From NCBI GenBank assembly GCA_000092065.1, contig CP000582.1: DNA of 64,000 bases, one strand, 5' to 3'. The notes under the pieces were generated by a model, which worked only from the letters and a program-made list of their open reading frames with translations, did not search any database and had not been told where the DNA came from. This document shows, piece after piece, positions 30,090-38,564 of this stretch (position 1 is its first letter; each line of letters opens with the position of its first letter). Origin of the DNA: Ostreococcus lucimarinus. Taxonomy: Eukaryota. Made by a program: the position numbers and the translations under genes.

Positions 30090-30439
30090 TCACCCCGTCC
30101 CGCCTCCGAACGTCGACGTCTCCCGCTCGCTCGCTCGCCCGTTCGCCAGCGTCTCTCGCTCGGCGTCGCGCAGCTCGCGTTCGCTCGGCACGTTCGCGCC
30201 GAACAGCTTCCGCCACGCGCGTCCCGCGCGCTCGGCGTCCTCGCGCGTCAGCGGCGACGTCCCATTCGCGTCTCCCTCGCCCGTCTCCGCGCGCGCGCGC
30301 GCCGCCCGTCGCTCGGGCGCGGGTAATCCCTCGCGCTGCGCGCGCTTCACCGCGAAGCACTCCCACAGGTCGCTCCATTTCTCGTCGCACGCGTCGAGCT
30401 CGCCGTGTCTGTAGTACCGACTCAACTGAAACATCGGAT
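30090..30439 (-). CDS. Small Cx9C-motif protein, exon 2 (DPMFQLSRYYRHGELDACDEKWSDLWECFAVKRAQREGLP..., then stop).
   Basis: ORF with a single C-x9-C (CDEKWSDLWEC). The acceptor gacgcag sits 5 nt upstream of the listed ATG (30434), with the branch site GAGACTGACGACG. Confidence 0.45.
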
Positions 30440-30505
30440 CTGCGTCGCGTCGCGCGCGTCGTCAGTCTCGCGCCGCGCGATTCGGCGCGGTCGTTCGAGG
30501 CGCAC

Positions 30506-30572
30506 CGTAGCACGTCCAGACGCGCTCGACGGCCTCGGCGACGGTCTCGGGCGGGAGATCCGCGCGCGTCAT
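30506..30572 (-). CDS. Small Cx9C-motif protein, putative exon 1 (MTRADLPPETVAEAVERVWTCY + 1 nt).
   Basis: Its ATG lies at 30570-30572. The donor ACG|GTGCGCC lies at 30505. The 66-nt intron 30440..30505 has a full branch/acceptor signature. The splice keeps frame into exon 2. Confidence 0.35.
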
Positions 30573-30680
30573 GGCGAGGCTCGGAGTGCCGCGCGCCGTC
30601 ACAGCGCGACGCGTCGACGGCGAATCGCGCGCGGCGATCGACGCCGTGCGCGCGGTGAGAGACGCGCGGGCGACGCGGCG

Positions 30681-32597
30681 ATGCGCGTCGACGCGGCGCG
30701 CGCGCGCGCGGCGACGCGCGCGGACGCGATGGCGTCGAGGTGCCGACTCGGACGACGCCCGGAGGGTTCGCGCGGTGCGACGACGCGCGCGCGGCGCGCG
30801 CGGCGCGCGAGATGGGTCGAGTGCGCGGTGACGGACCCGCCGGTGACGCGCGAGGCGGTCAGGACGTCGGACGTGGAGCTGTTCGAGGGGAAGAAGCGAT
30901 TGCAGACGCAGGCGACGGCGCTCGGCGAGGGCACCACGCTGATACGGTCGCTCGATTGGGATCGCGATCGGTTCGACATCGAGTTTGGGTTGGAAAAAGG
31001 GACGACGTATAACTCGTACATCATTCGCGGCGCGCCCGGGACGGCGGCGCTGATCGACGCGAGTCACGAAAAGTTTCGGGAGTTGTACATGAAGACGCTG
31101 ACTGGAGAAATCGACCCGCTGGAGATCAAGTACGTGGTGTGCTCGCACACCGAACCCGATCACTCGGGATTGATCGGAGACGTGCTGAAGATTGCGCCGA
31201 ATGCGACGGTGCTCGGGAGTAAGGTGTGCTTGGCGTTCTTGGAGAATTTGATTCACGAGCCGTTCGAGTCGAGGGTGGTCAAGGGGGGCGACGTCGTGGA
31301 TTTGGGCGACGGACACGAGCTGAAGTTTATCATGGCGCCCAACTTGCATTGGCCGGATACGATGTTCACATACGATCCGAAGTCACGATTGATGTACACG
31401 TGCGACGCGTTCGGGTCGCATTATTGCAGTGAGGACCCGTTCGACGGGGACTTGAGCGCGTTGATGCCGCACTATCGTTTCTACTACGAGTGTTTGATGA
31501 AACCGAACGCTCGATCGGTGCTCACGGCGCTTCGCAAGTGCGAGTCCGAAGGCGCAGATTTTGTGGGCATTTGTAACGGCCACGGACCGTTGCTGCGGTA
31601 CAACGTGGACGAACTCGTGGGGGATTACAAGAAATGGAGCGAGAGCGCGTTGGCCAAGGCCAAGGCAAACGTGGCGGTATTTTACACCGCCGAGTACGGT
31701 TTCAGCGATCGACTTTCGCAGTCCATCGCGCGCGGGTTGACGAAGACCGAAACAGAGGTTGTCATGATGGATTTATTGTCCGCAGATTCTCAAGAACTCG
31801 TCGAAACGACGAAGCACGCGGCTGGCATCGTCTTGCTTTCGCCGCCGCGCGCCGGTCCAGCCAACGAGCAGCTCGCCAACATCATCGGCGCCGTGGACGC
31901 CAAGCAAAAGTTCTTCATCGCGGAATCGTATGGTGGTGAAGACGAGCCCGTGGACTTGTTGGCGAAGAAACTCGCCGAGCTCGGCGTTACCGAGGCTTTT
32001 TCGCCCCTCAAGGTGACGAGCGACCCGACCGAGGGCACGTATCAATTGTTCGAAGAGGCTGGCACCGATTTGGGTCAACTTTTGACGAAGAAGAAGACAC
32101 TGGCGGACATGAAGAGCGCCATGTCACCTGACGTCGCCAAGGCGCTCGGTCGTGTCAGTGGAGGCTTGTACGTCGTCACCGCCGCGCAGGGCACCGCGCG
32201 TTCGGCGATGATCGCGTCTTGGGTCGCCCAAGCCTCGTTCGAACCTCTCGGTTTTACCGTCGCGGTGGCGAAAGATCGCGCCATTGAATCACTGATGCAA
32301 GTCAACGACACGTTTGTCCTGAATTGCCTTCCCGAGAACGGCTTCGAACCGTTAATGAAGCACTTTCTGACGCGATTCCCACCCGGCGCCGACCGCTTCG
32401 AGGGCGTGGAGTGGGCGCCTGCCAACTGCGGCGCGCCCATCCTCGGCGACGCCGTGGCGTTCATGGAGTGCCGAGTGGTGTCTCGAATGGAAGCCAACGA
32501 TCACTGGATCGTGTACAGCGAAGTTTTCAACGGTAAGGTGTTCAACCAAGACGTACGAACGGCGTCCCATCATCGCAAAGTCGGCTCTTACTACTGA
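30681..32597 (+). CDS. FLVB: Class-C flavodiiron protein (metallo-beta-lactamase-like + flavodoxin + C-terminal flavin reductase domains), FLVB-like, with a plastid transit peptide.
   Basis: The canonical diiron ligand motif CSHTEPDHSG is present, with a flavodoxin-like region and a C-terminal flavin-reductase domain ending HHRKVGSYY. The ORF-track start at 30405 is GTG; candidate ATGs lie at 30681 and 30729. TGTAA lies 20 nt after the stop. Confidence 0.85.
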   Translation: MRVDAARARAATRADAMASRCRLGRRPEGSRGATTRARRARRARWVECAVTDPPVTREAVRTSDVELFEGKKRLQTQATALGEGTTLIRSLDWDRDRFDIEFGLEKGTTYNSYIIRGAPGTAALIDASHEKFRELYMKTLTGEIDPLEIKYVVCSHTEPDHSGLIGDVLKIAPNATVLGSKVCLAFLENLIHEPFESRVVKGGDVVDLGDGHELKFIMAPNLHWPDTMFTYDPKSRLMYTCDAFGSHYCSEDPFDGDLSALMPHYRFYYECLMKPNARSVLTALRKCESEGADFVGICNGHGPLLRYNVDELVGDYKKWSESALAKAKANVAVFYTAEYGFSDRLSQSIARGLTKTETEVVMMDLLSADSQELVETTKHAAGIVLLSPPRAGPANEQLANIIGAVDAKQKFFIAESYGGEDEPVDLLAKKLAELGVTEAFSPLKVTSDPTEGTYQLFEEAGTDLGQLLTKKKTLADMKSAMSPDVAKALGRVSGGLYVVTAAQGTARSAMIASWVAQASFEPLGFTVAVAKDRAIESLMQVNDTFVLNCLPENGFEPLMKHFLTRFPPGADRFEGVEWAPANCGAPILGDAVAFMECRVVSRMEANDHWIVYSEVFNGKVFNQDVRTASHHRKVGSYY

Positions 32598-32707
32598 CGC
32601 GCCGTCGACCCCGCATGTAATTCTTAACAAAAAATGTTGGCTCTTTCAATACAACAAACGTCGCGACGTGCGAGCGTTCCAGCACTTTCTAATCAATTCG
32701 CGCACGT

Positions 32708-33175
32708 CTACATGCTCATCCTACCCACGAAGCGTTCCACGTCGCGCGTGAATTGCGCCTCCGCCGCCGTCTCCCCCCTTCGCGTCGCGTCGCTCGTCGC
32801 GCTCTTAACCGTCCCCGCCACCATCGTCCGCTTCACTCCACTCACCACCGGTTGCGGTGTCGGCGCATCCGTCGTCATCGTCGGCATCATGCTCACCACG
32901 CCGAGCGCGAACGCCAGCACCGCCTTTGTCGCCGCGTCCCGCTCGCGATTCACCCTCGCCGCCGCGCGTTCCAACCGCGTCGGTTTCACCGCGCGTCCCG
33001 CGTCCACGGAATCTCCGAGTCTCAGCTTCGCGACGAGATCATCGTTCTTCGCTCGCCGCGCCGTGGACGACGCGTCGCTCGTCGGCGCGTCGTCCGCGGA
33101 CGTCGCGCGTCGCTTCGGGACGCGGCGACGGTGAGAGTCGAAAAACGCGCTCGGCGGCACGCGCGGAAGCAGCAT
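32708..33175 (-). CDS. Candidate small protein (155 aa) with one predicted TM helix (AVLAFALGVVSMMPTMTT); unassigned.
   Basis: The ORF lies in a roughly 900-nt gap between genes. Its residue composition is more protein-like than the opposite-strand ORF. No homology was recognised. Confidence 0.25.
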   Translation of the reverse strand: MLLPRVPPSAFFDSHRRRVPKRRATSADDAPTSDASSTARRAKNDDLVAKLRLGDSVDAGRAVKPTRLERAAARVNRERDAATKAVLAFALGVVSMMPTMTTDAPTPQPVVSGVKRTMVAGTVKSATSDATRRGETAAEAQFTRDVERFVGRMSM

Positions 33176-33541
33176 GGCGACGCGCGCGCGTCACGTCGCG
33201 CGCGAAGCGCTTTTTCTTCGTCACCGCGCGCGCGCGGCGTCGGGCGCGCGAAGACGAGGCGCGGTGTGGGGAGAATTATCCAGCCACGAGGGCGACGCCG
33301 CGCCTAGTCAGCGCGCGAGGACGCGCGAGAGGACGCGGCTGAAAAACGAGACGGAGATTGTCTGAAAAGCGGCGACTCGACTTCTGGAGACGTGATTCGT
33401 ACGAGCGTTGATATCTATACAAAACTATGACGGTGCGAACGCGCGCGGTGAAAGCTGGAGGAGGCGCGAGAGACGATATCGCCGGCGCGAGATCGCTCGA
33501 TCTCCTCGGAAAAAGTGGTTGGAATCGCGCGGAGAGCGGCG

Positions 33542-35263
33542 TTAGCTCACCGTGCGACCGAACGCGACGGCGCTGATGTAAAGGTTCTTCGCCCACTTTT
33601 CTTTGACGTGCGTGGACGGGAAGGCCGAGGTGCGAAGAGTTTCCTGCGTCTCGTCGCCCGGTCGGCGGCGAGGGATGGAGAGCACGAAGGCGGCTTGGTC
33701 TGTCGTCGCCGCGCAGCACGTGATGCGGAAACCACCGTTCCAGCGTCGGTGAATGCCTTCACTCGGGTACATAAAGTCCAGTTCAACGCATTGATCGACG
33801 AAACCGGCGTTTCGGGACATGACGACTGCCCAGCGGCACCCGCAAGTGGCCATGGAGGTGACGTAAAAGCCTTCCTTCCACTTTTTATTGATCCACTTGA
33901 AGGGGAACGAGTCGCTCACCTTGTACGACTGCTGCGTGTACGTCGAGCCTTTCGACATGACGACGATGGCAGAGCCGGCGGACGAACCCGCGAGCGCGGT
34001 GATGTAGTATCCATCGTCCCACTGTTCCAAGATCCAGTCCTTCGGCAAGAAGTGCGTGGACAAGTTCCAAATCTGCGCGCTGAAGCCCGTACCGGCGTCC
34101 ATGATGAGCGCCCAGAGCTCAGCCGAACAGGAGACGCTGGAGATGAATAGACCGTCATCGTTACCTTTCTCCACGTGCTGCTCGATGCGCGAGTTCGCCA
34201 CGTTGTAGTGGTATCTTTGCTTCATCGGTCGGTGGGCGTTGTAAATGGTGATCCATTGCTGCGCGGGCAAGCCGACGCGTACCTTCTTCTTCAGTCGGTC
34301 CTTATCGTCGGTGTCAAACTGCATGTCAGAAATTTTACGCTTCATGCCAACCTTCTTCGCGCCTTCGGTAGAGATCGGGCGTCTCGCGACGGCGCCGCAC
34401 AGAGGCTCAAAGAGTCCGGACATGGCTCCGTACTTAGGTTCTTCGTCAAACTTCAAGTTGATGACGGCTTCCATAAACTGCCTGAATGCGCTCGGAGTGT
34501 ATCTGCAAAGCGCCTCGGGACTGGTAGCCATCTTCTTCTTGCATACTAAAAACCCCTTGTTATCGCCTTGGTAACCTTGCCACGGTAATCGCCCCTTCAA
34601 GAGGAACAATAAAGTATACGCCAGCGATTCCAAGTCGTCGCGTCGAGATGCGGTGCGGCCCAAGTGCGCGTGCACGGACGCGTAACGCACTGTTCCTCGG
34701 AAAATATCTGGTCTCTGGTCGTATTCTATGTGAGCCGAACAAATTGGGTCGCGCCAACGCGTCCCCAGACCTAAATCAACCAAATACAACTTCTTCTCCG
34801 TCGGCGTTCCCGGAGGTCCGAGCAAAAAGTTCTCCGGCTTGATGTCGCCGTGCACGAACCCTTTACTGTGAAAGTTCTCCAAAATCGCGAGCGACTCCAC
34901 CGCAATGCACGCGACCATCTCCTGCGACATCATCTGCCCGTTCGCGTTCCACTTATCCCACAAAGACGGCCCCAACAAATCCATCACCATCACGTAGTAG
35001 TCTCCTTGACTCCCCTTATAGTGCACCTTCGGCACCCCGAGAATACCCCCCAGCGAGTTATACACGCTCCACTCGTACGGTGGTCCGTAATCACATCCCT
35101 TACTCGACCTGTGTTCAAACTTCAACGCCACCTGGTTCGCATTCGGCCCCGTCGTCGCGCTCGGGTCGGTCGGCTTCAACCGCCGTCCGACGTACACCTG
35201 CCCGAACCCGCCCTTTCCGAGTTTCCGTTCCACGATGTACACGGGCGATCCCCCGACTTGCGT
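33542..35263 (-). CDS. MLK: MUT9-like / CK1-family kinase (MLK/PPK type), exon 2: kinase domain plus the conserved C-terminal region.
   Basis: The kinase domain carries [18 protein letters not shown]...[12 protein letters not shown]...[12 protein letters not shown] (CK1-like). The C-terminal region has repeated W..G..IT motifs, as in plant MLKs. Confidence 0.85.
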   Translation of the reverse strand, partial: TQVGGSPVYIVERKLGKGGFGQVYVGRRLKPTDPSATTGPNANQVALKFEHRSSKGCDYGPPYEWSVYNSLGGILGVPKVHYKGSQGDYYVMVMDLLGPSLWDKWNANGQMMSQEMVACIAVESLAILENFHSKGFVHGDIKPENFLLGPPGTPTEKKLYLVDLGLGTRWRDPICSAHIEYDQRPDIFRGTVRYASVHAHLGRTASRRDDLESLAYTLLFLLKGRLPWQGYQGDNKGFLVCKKKMATSPEALCRYTPSAFRQFMEAVINLKFDEEPKYGAMSGLFEPLCGAVARRPISTEGAKKVGMKRKISDMQFDTDDKDRLKKKVRVGLPAQQWITIYNAHRPMKQRYHYNVANSRIEQHVEKGNDDGLFISSVSCSAELWALIMDAGTGFSAQIWNLSTHFLPKDWILEQWDDGYYITALAGSSAGSAIVVMSKGSTYTQQSYKVSDSFPFKWINKKWKEGFYVTSMATCGCRWAVVMSRNAGFVDQCVELDFMYPSEGIHRRWNGGFRITCCAATTDQAAFVLSIPRRRPGDETQETLRTSAFPSTHVKEKWAKNLYISAVAFGRTVS

Positions 35264-35435
35264 CTGCATCGTTCACAAACCACACACTCGTCAATCTCGC
35301 GTCGTCGTCGCGTCGCCGGCCGCCGTCGCGCCGTCGCGAATCGCGTTCGCGTCGTTCGCGCGTCTCGGGTTTGAATCGCCTCGCCGCGCGCCGCGCGTTT
35401 CCGCGCCCGCGCGCGTCTCTCGCCCTCGCGCGCAC

Positions 35436-35519
35436 CTTCTCCGGCACGGGCGCCGTGGAGGGGTCGTCCCCCACCGGCGCCGCGTGGTCCCCGCTTCGTT
35501 CCTCGCTCGGTTCGTCCAT
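35436..35519 (-). CDS. MLK: MUT9-like kinase, putative exon 1 (MDEPSEERSGDHAAPVGDDPSTAPVPEK).
   Basis: The donor AAG|GTGCGCGCGAGG lies at 35435. The 172-nt intron 35264..35435 carries the branch site GATTGACGAG and the acceptor GATGCAG. The ORF-track ATG at 35269 lies inside the acceptor. The frame is kept into [14 protein letters not shown]. Confidence 0.55.
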
Positions 35520-35880
35520 CGCGCGTCGTCGATCGCGCGCCGACGCGTCTTCTCGAGATCCTCTCTCGCGCGTCGCTCGCGCGTCGCTCGAGCGCGCGCG
35601 CGCGTTCGCGCGCGCCGACGCGACGATCGGCGCGTCGTCGACGCGCGCGGACTCGAGGCGTCGCGTCGCGCGGGCGTCGCGCGGGCGTTCGACGATCGGT
35701 CGAGTCGTCAAGTGTCGCGTCGGCGAATCGTCGCGTCAGACGACGACGCGCGACGCGCGACGCGCGACGCGCGCCATGATTCGCGCGCGCGTCGCGCCCG
35801 CGCGCGCGCGAGATCGCGTCGCGTCGACGCGCGCGCGCGCGCGACGCGGGCGTCGCTCGAGCGCGGCGCGGGCGTCGTTC

Positions 35881-36603
35881 ATGGATAAACTGTTGGACTT
35901 GGTGACGCCGAAGGATTCCGACTCGAGCGCGCCGAATCGCGAGGCCTACGACGCGTGGACCGCGCGGGCGACGGCGAAGGACGCGTCCGTCGCGGCGGTG
36001 CTCGCGGCGGTGCGCGGGACGGTGCTGGAGGGGAGGGTTTTGGAGGTGGCGTACGACGCGGAGACGCGAGGGTACAACGCGCGAGCGTTTCACGCCGACG
36101 TCGACGGGCGCGGGCCGTGCCTGGTGATCGGGAAAACCACGAAAGGGTCGCGGTTCGCGGGGTTCAATCCGCTGGGTTTTTATTCCGTCGAGGATTATCG
36201 CGAGAGCGGGAACGCGTTTTTGTGCAAGTGGCGGAGCGACGCGGCGTTTCGACGAGGAGACGCGCCGAGCGACGTCGCGAACGTCTTGCCGGGGGGAAAT
36301 GCGGCGATCTTTGATTTTGGCGCGCAGGGACCGTGCTTCGGCGTCGATGCTTTGCGCGTGCCGCTCGGTTTCGCGCCACCGAACGGGTCGTCGTACGCGG
36401 GCGTCGGCGGTTCGTTCGATCTCGGCGAGGCGAACGCCACGGGCTCGCGCGAGTGTAAGAGCCGGTTGGGCACCCATTACGAATCATTCGAGGACGGGTC
36501 CGGACTTTTTAAAGAAGGCGCCGGCGCGACGCTCGCGGAATTACGAGTGTACTACGCCCCCGCGCTGCGTCGAAACGAATCCGACGGGTTGTACGTTTCT
36601 TGA
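35881..36603 (+). CDS. TLDc-domain protein (Oxr1/NCOA7-like C-terminal domain), 240 aa.
   Basis: ATG at 35881 (MDKLLDLV). LEGRVLEVAYDAETRGYNARAFHADVDGRGPCLVIGKTTKGSRFAGFNPLGFYS...NAFLCKW matches the TLDc core. The upstream part of the listed ORF (35080-35880) is low-complexity and overlaps the MLK gene. Confidence 0.7.
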   Translation: MDKLLDLVTPKDSDSSAPNREAYDAWTARATAKDASVAAVLAAVRGTVLEGRVLEVAYDAETRGYNARAFHADVDGRGPCLVIGKTTKGSRFAGFNPLGFYSVEDYRESGNAFLCKWRSDAAFRRGDAPSDVANVLPGGNAAIFDFGAQGPCFGVDALRVPLGFAPPNGSSYAGVGGSFDLGEANATGSRECKSRLGTHYESFEDGSGLFKEGAGATLAELRVYYAPALRRNESDGLYVS

Positions 36604-36658
36604 ACGATTCGCCGCTTTTTAGAATACGACTAGAACTAGCTAGCAGCGTCCGAATCAC

Positions 36659-37672
36659 TCACGCCAGACTAAACGCTTTCGCGAGTTCGTTCATCGACGC
36701 TCGATCGATGACGGAGCCGCCGCACACGACGACGACGATCGGCGCTCGCGGGTCGGACGATATCCCGTCGAGCGCGCCGAGTTCCGGAAAGTACGCGGCG
36801 GAGAGCGCGGCGCCGCACGCCGGCTCGACGAGCACGCGATGATCGTCGGCGAAGCGCAGGCACGCGGCGACGGCGTGCGCGTCGTCGCACGCGCGCACGC
36901 GCACGCGCGCGTCGCCGAGTTCGACGCACATCTTAAACACCGCCGGCGACGGCGACGCCGCGCCGAGAGATTTCGCCACGCTCGTGATCGCCGGCAGCGT
37001 CACCACCTCTCCCGCGCGCATCGACGCGTTCAGCGAATCCGCCCCGATCGTCTCCATCGCCACCACGACGACGTCGTCGCCCCATCCGCACCGCTCGATG
37101 CCTCGCAGACATCCCGCCAGCAATCCGCCGCCGCCGACGCACGTCGCGACGGCTGCCGGCTTTCGTCCGCCCAAATCTTCCGCGATCTCATCGATCATCG
37201 TGCTGTGCCCGTCCCACGTGTCCTCGCCCTCGAACGGGTGTATCATCGCCCCTCCGCACGCCGCCGCGCGCGCCGTCGCCGCCGCGTTCGCCTCGCTCCA
37301 CTGCGTCCCGCGCACCTCAACCTCGGCGCCGTACGCGCGCAGCGCGTCCCGCACGCGCTCCGGCGTCGTCTCCGGCACGTACACCACCGTTTGCGCGCCC
37401 AGCTCGCGTCCCGCGTGCGCCGTCGCGAGTCCCGCGTTGCCGCCCGAAGAGGAGACGAGCAGGCGCGCGCCGTCGCGCTCGACGGCGAGCGCGCACGCGC
37501 GTCCGACGCCGCGCAGCTTGAACGACCCGCTCGGCTGCGCGCACTCGAGCTTGAGGTACACGTCGCGACGCATTATCTCGCTCAGCGGCGCGGACTTCAC
37601 GAGCGGGGTGCGAACGTGGAGCCGCGAGACGTCGCGCGCGGGCGCGACGGAGGCGAAGACGACGCGAGGCAT
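36659..37672 (-). CDS. PLP-dependent serine/threonine dehydratase (serine racemase / L-threonine dehydratase family).
   Basis: Contains LKLECAQPSGSFKLRG, the PLP-lysine motif, and the glycine-rich loop SSGGNAGLA. The ATG lies at 37670-37672. Confidence 0.85.
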   Translation of the reverse strand: MPRVVFASVAPARDVSRLHVRTPLVKSAPLSEIMRRDVYLKLECAQPSGSFKLRGVGRACALAVERDGARLLVSSSGGNAGLATAHAGRELGAQTVVYVPETTPERVRDALRAYGAEVEVRGTQWSEANAAATARAAACGGAMIHPFEGEDTWDGHSTMIDEIAEDLGGRKPAAVATCVGGGGLLAGCLRGIERCGWGDDVVVVAMETIGADSLNASMRAGEVVTLPAITSVAKSLGAASPSPAVFKMCVELGDARVRVRACDDAHAVAACLRFADDHRVLVEPACGAALSAAYFPELGALDGISSDPRAPIVVVVCGGSVIDRASMNELAKAFSLA

Positions 37673-37813
37673 GGTGTGACGCGACGACGGTTCGCGACCG
37701 ATCGACGACGACGACGACGCGAAGACGACGCGCGCGAACGATTCATTTCGAGCGCCGCGTTAAAACTAACGCTAGACTACCCGCGCGACGCGACGCGACG
37801 CGACGCTCGACGA

Positions 37814-38333
37814 CTATCGCGACGGCGCGCCGACGCGCGCTCGACGACGGCGCTCGCGCGCTCTGCGCGTCTTCGTGTGCGCCAGCGCGACGCCCTCGCC
37901 CTCGAGCCACTCGACGAACACCGCGCGACTCGCCCGCACGCCCGCGACTCGCGCGCGCGCCAGCGCGTCGTCGACGTCGACGCCGCGCGTCAGCAGCGCG
38001 CGCTCGTACGTCTCGTCGTCGGCGCGAAGCCACGCCGCGAGCGCGTTCGCGACCTCGGAATCCGTCGCCGCGCGTCGCGTCGCGCGTCGCGTCGCGCTCG
38101 ATCGCGCGTCTCCCGTCGTCGCGGCGTCGCGGCCGCGCTTTAATCGCTCGCGAAGCGGTGGAATCTCGCTCTCGGACGCGTCGTCGCCGTCGCGCCGAGC
38201 GTCGAGCGCCGAGCGCGGTCCGTCGTCGTCGTCGTCGTCGTCGTCGCTCGTCGACGCGTCGCCGCTCGCGCGTCGATCGGCGAGAATTCGAGCGAACGCC
38301 TCGCGCACGCGCGCGCCGCCCTCGCGCTCGTCC
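37814..38333 (-). CDS. Small acidic protein, exon 2 (RDEREGGARVREAFARILADRRASGD..poly-D..., then stop).
   Basis: The acceptor CGCGCAG lies at about 38336-38334, after the branch site GACTGACGACG. The exon joins in frame to the ORF listed as 37814..38308. Stop at 37814-37816. Confidence 0.45.
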
Positions 38334-38360
38334 CTGCGCGCGACGCGTCGTCAGTCGTCG

Positions 38361-38390
38361 CGAACCGAACCGAACCGAACCGAACCGAAT
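38361..38390. repeat. (CGAAC)n pentanucleotide microsatellite, about 5.5 units.
   Basis: The sequence cgaaccgaaccgaaccgaaccgaaccgaat is seen directly. It lies inside the putative minus-strand intron. Confidence 0.85.
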
Positions 38391-38417
38391 CGTCGCGCGC
38401 GCGCTCGCCGCGCGCAC

Positions 38418-38506
38418 CGATCGACGCCCATCGCGCGCAGGAGCTCGCCGACGACGTCGTCGCGCGTCGCGCCGAGCGCGCGCGCGATGGCGTCGACGCG
38501 CTCCAT
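38418..38506 (-). CDS. Small acidic protein, exon 1 (MERVDAIARALGATRDDVVGELLRAMGVD + 2 nt), a UBA/CUE-like helical motif.
   Basis: The donor CG|GTGCGCGCGG is identical to the psaE and FAM32A donors. The roughly 84-nt intron contains the (CGAAC)5 microsatellite. Coordinates may be off by 1-2 nt. Confidence 0.4.
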
Positions 38507-38564
38507 CGCGCGCGCGTCGCGCGATGGCGACGCGCTGACGCGGACGGCACTCGACGACGCCGCG

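Noticed and set aside
35700-35760. Possible minus-strand branch-site motif (GTCTGACGCG) between MLK and TLDc.
   Set aside because: No AG acceptor within 20-45 nt downstream and no GTGCG donor paired with it.
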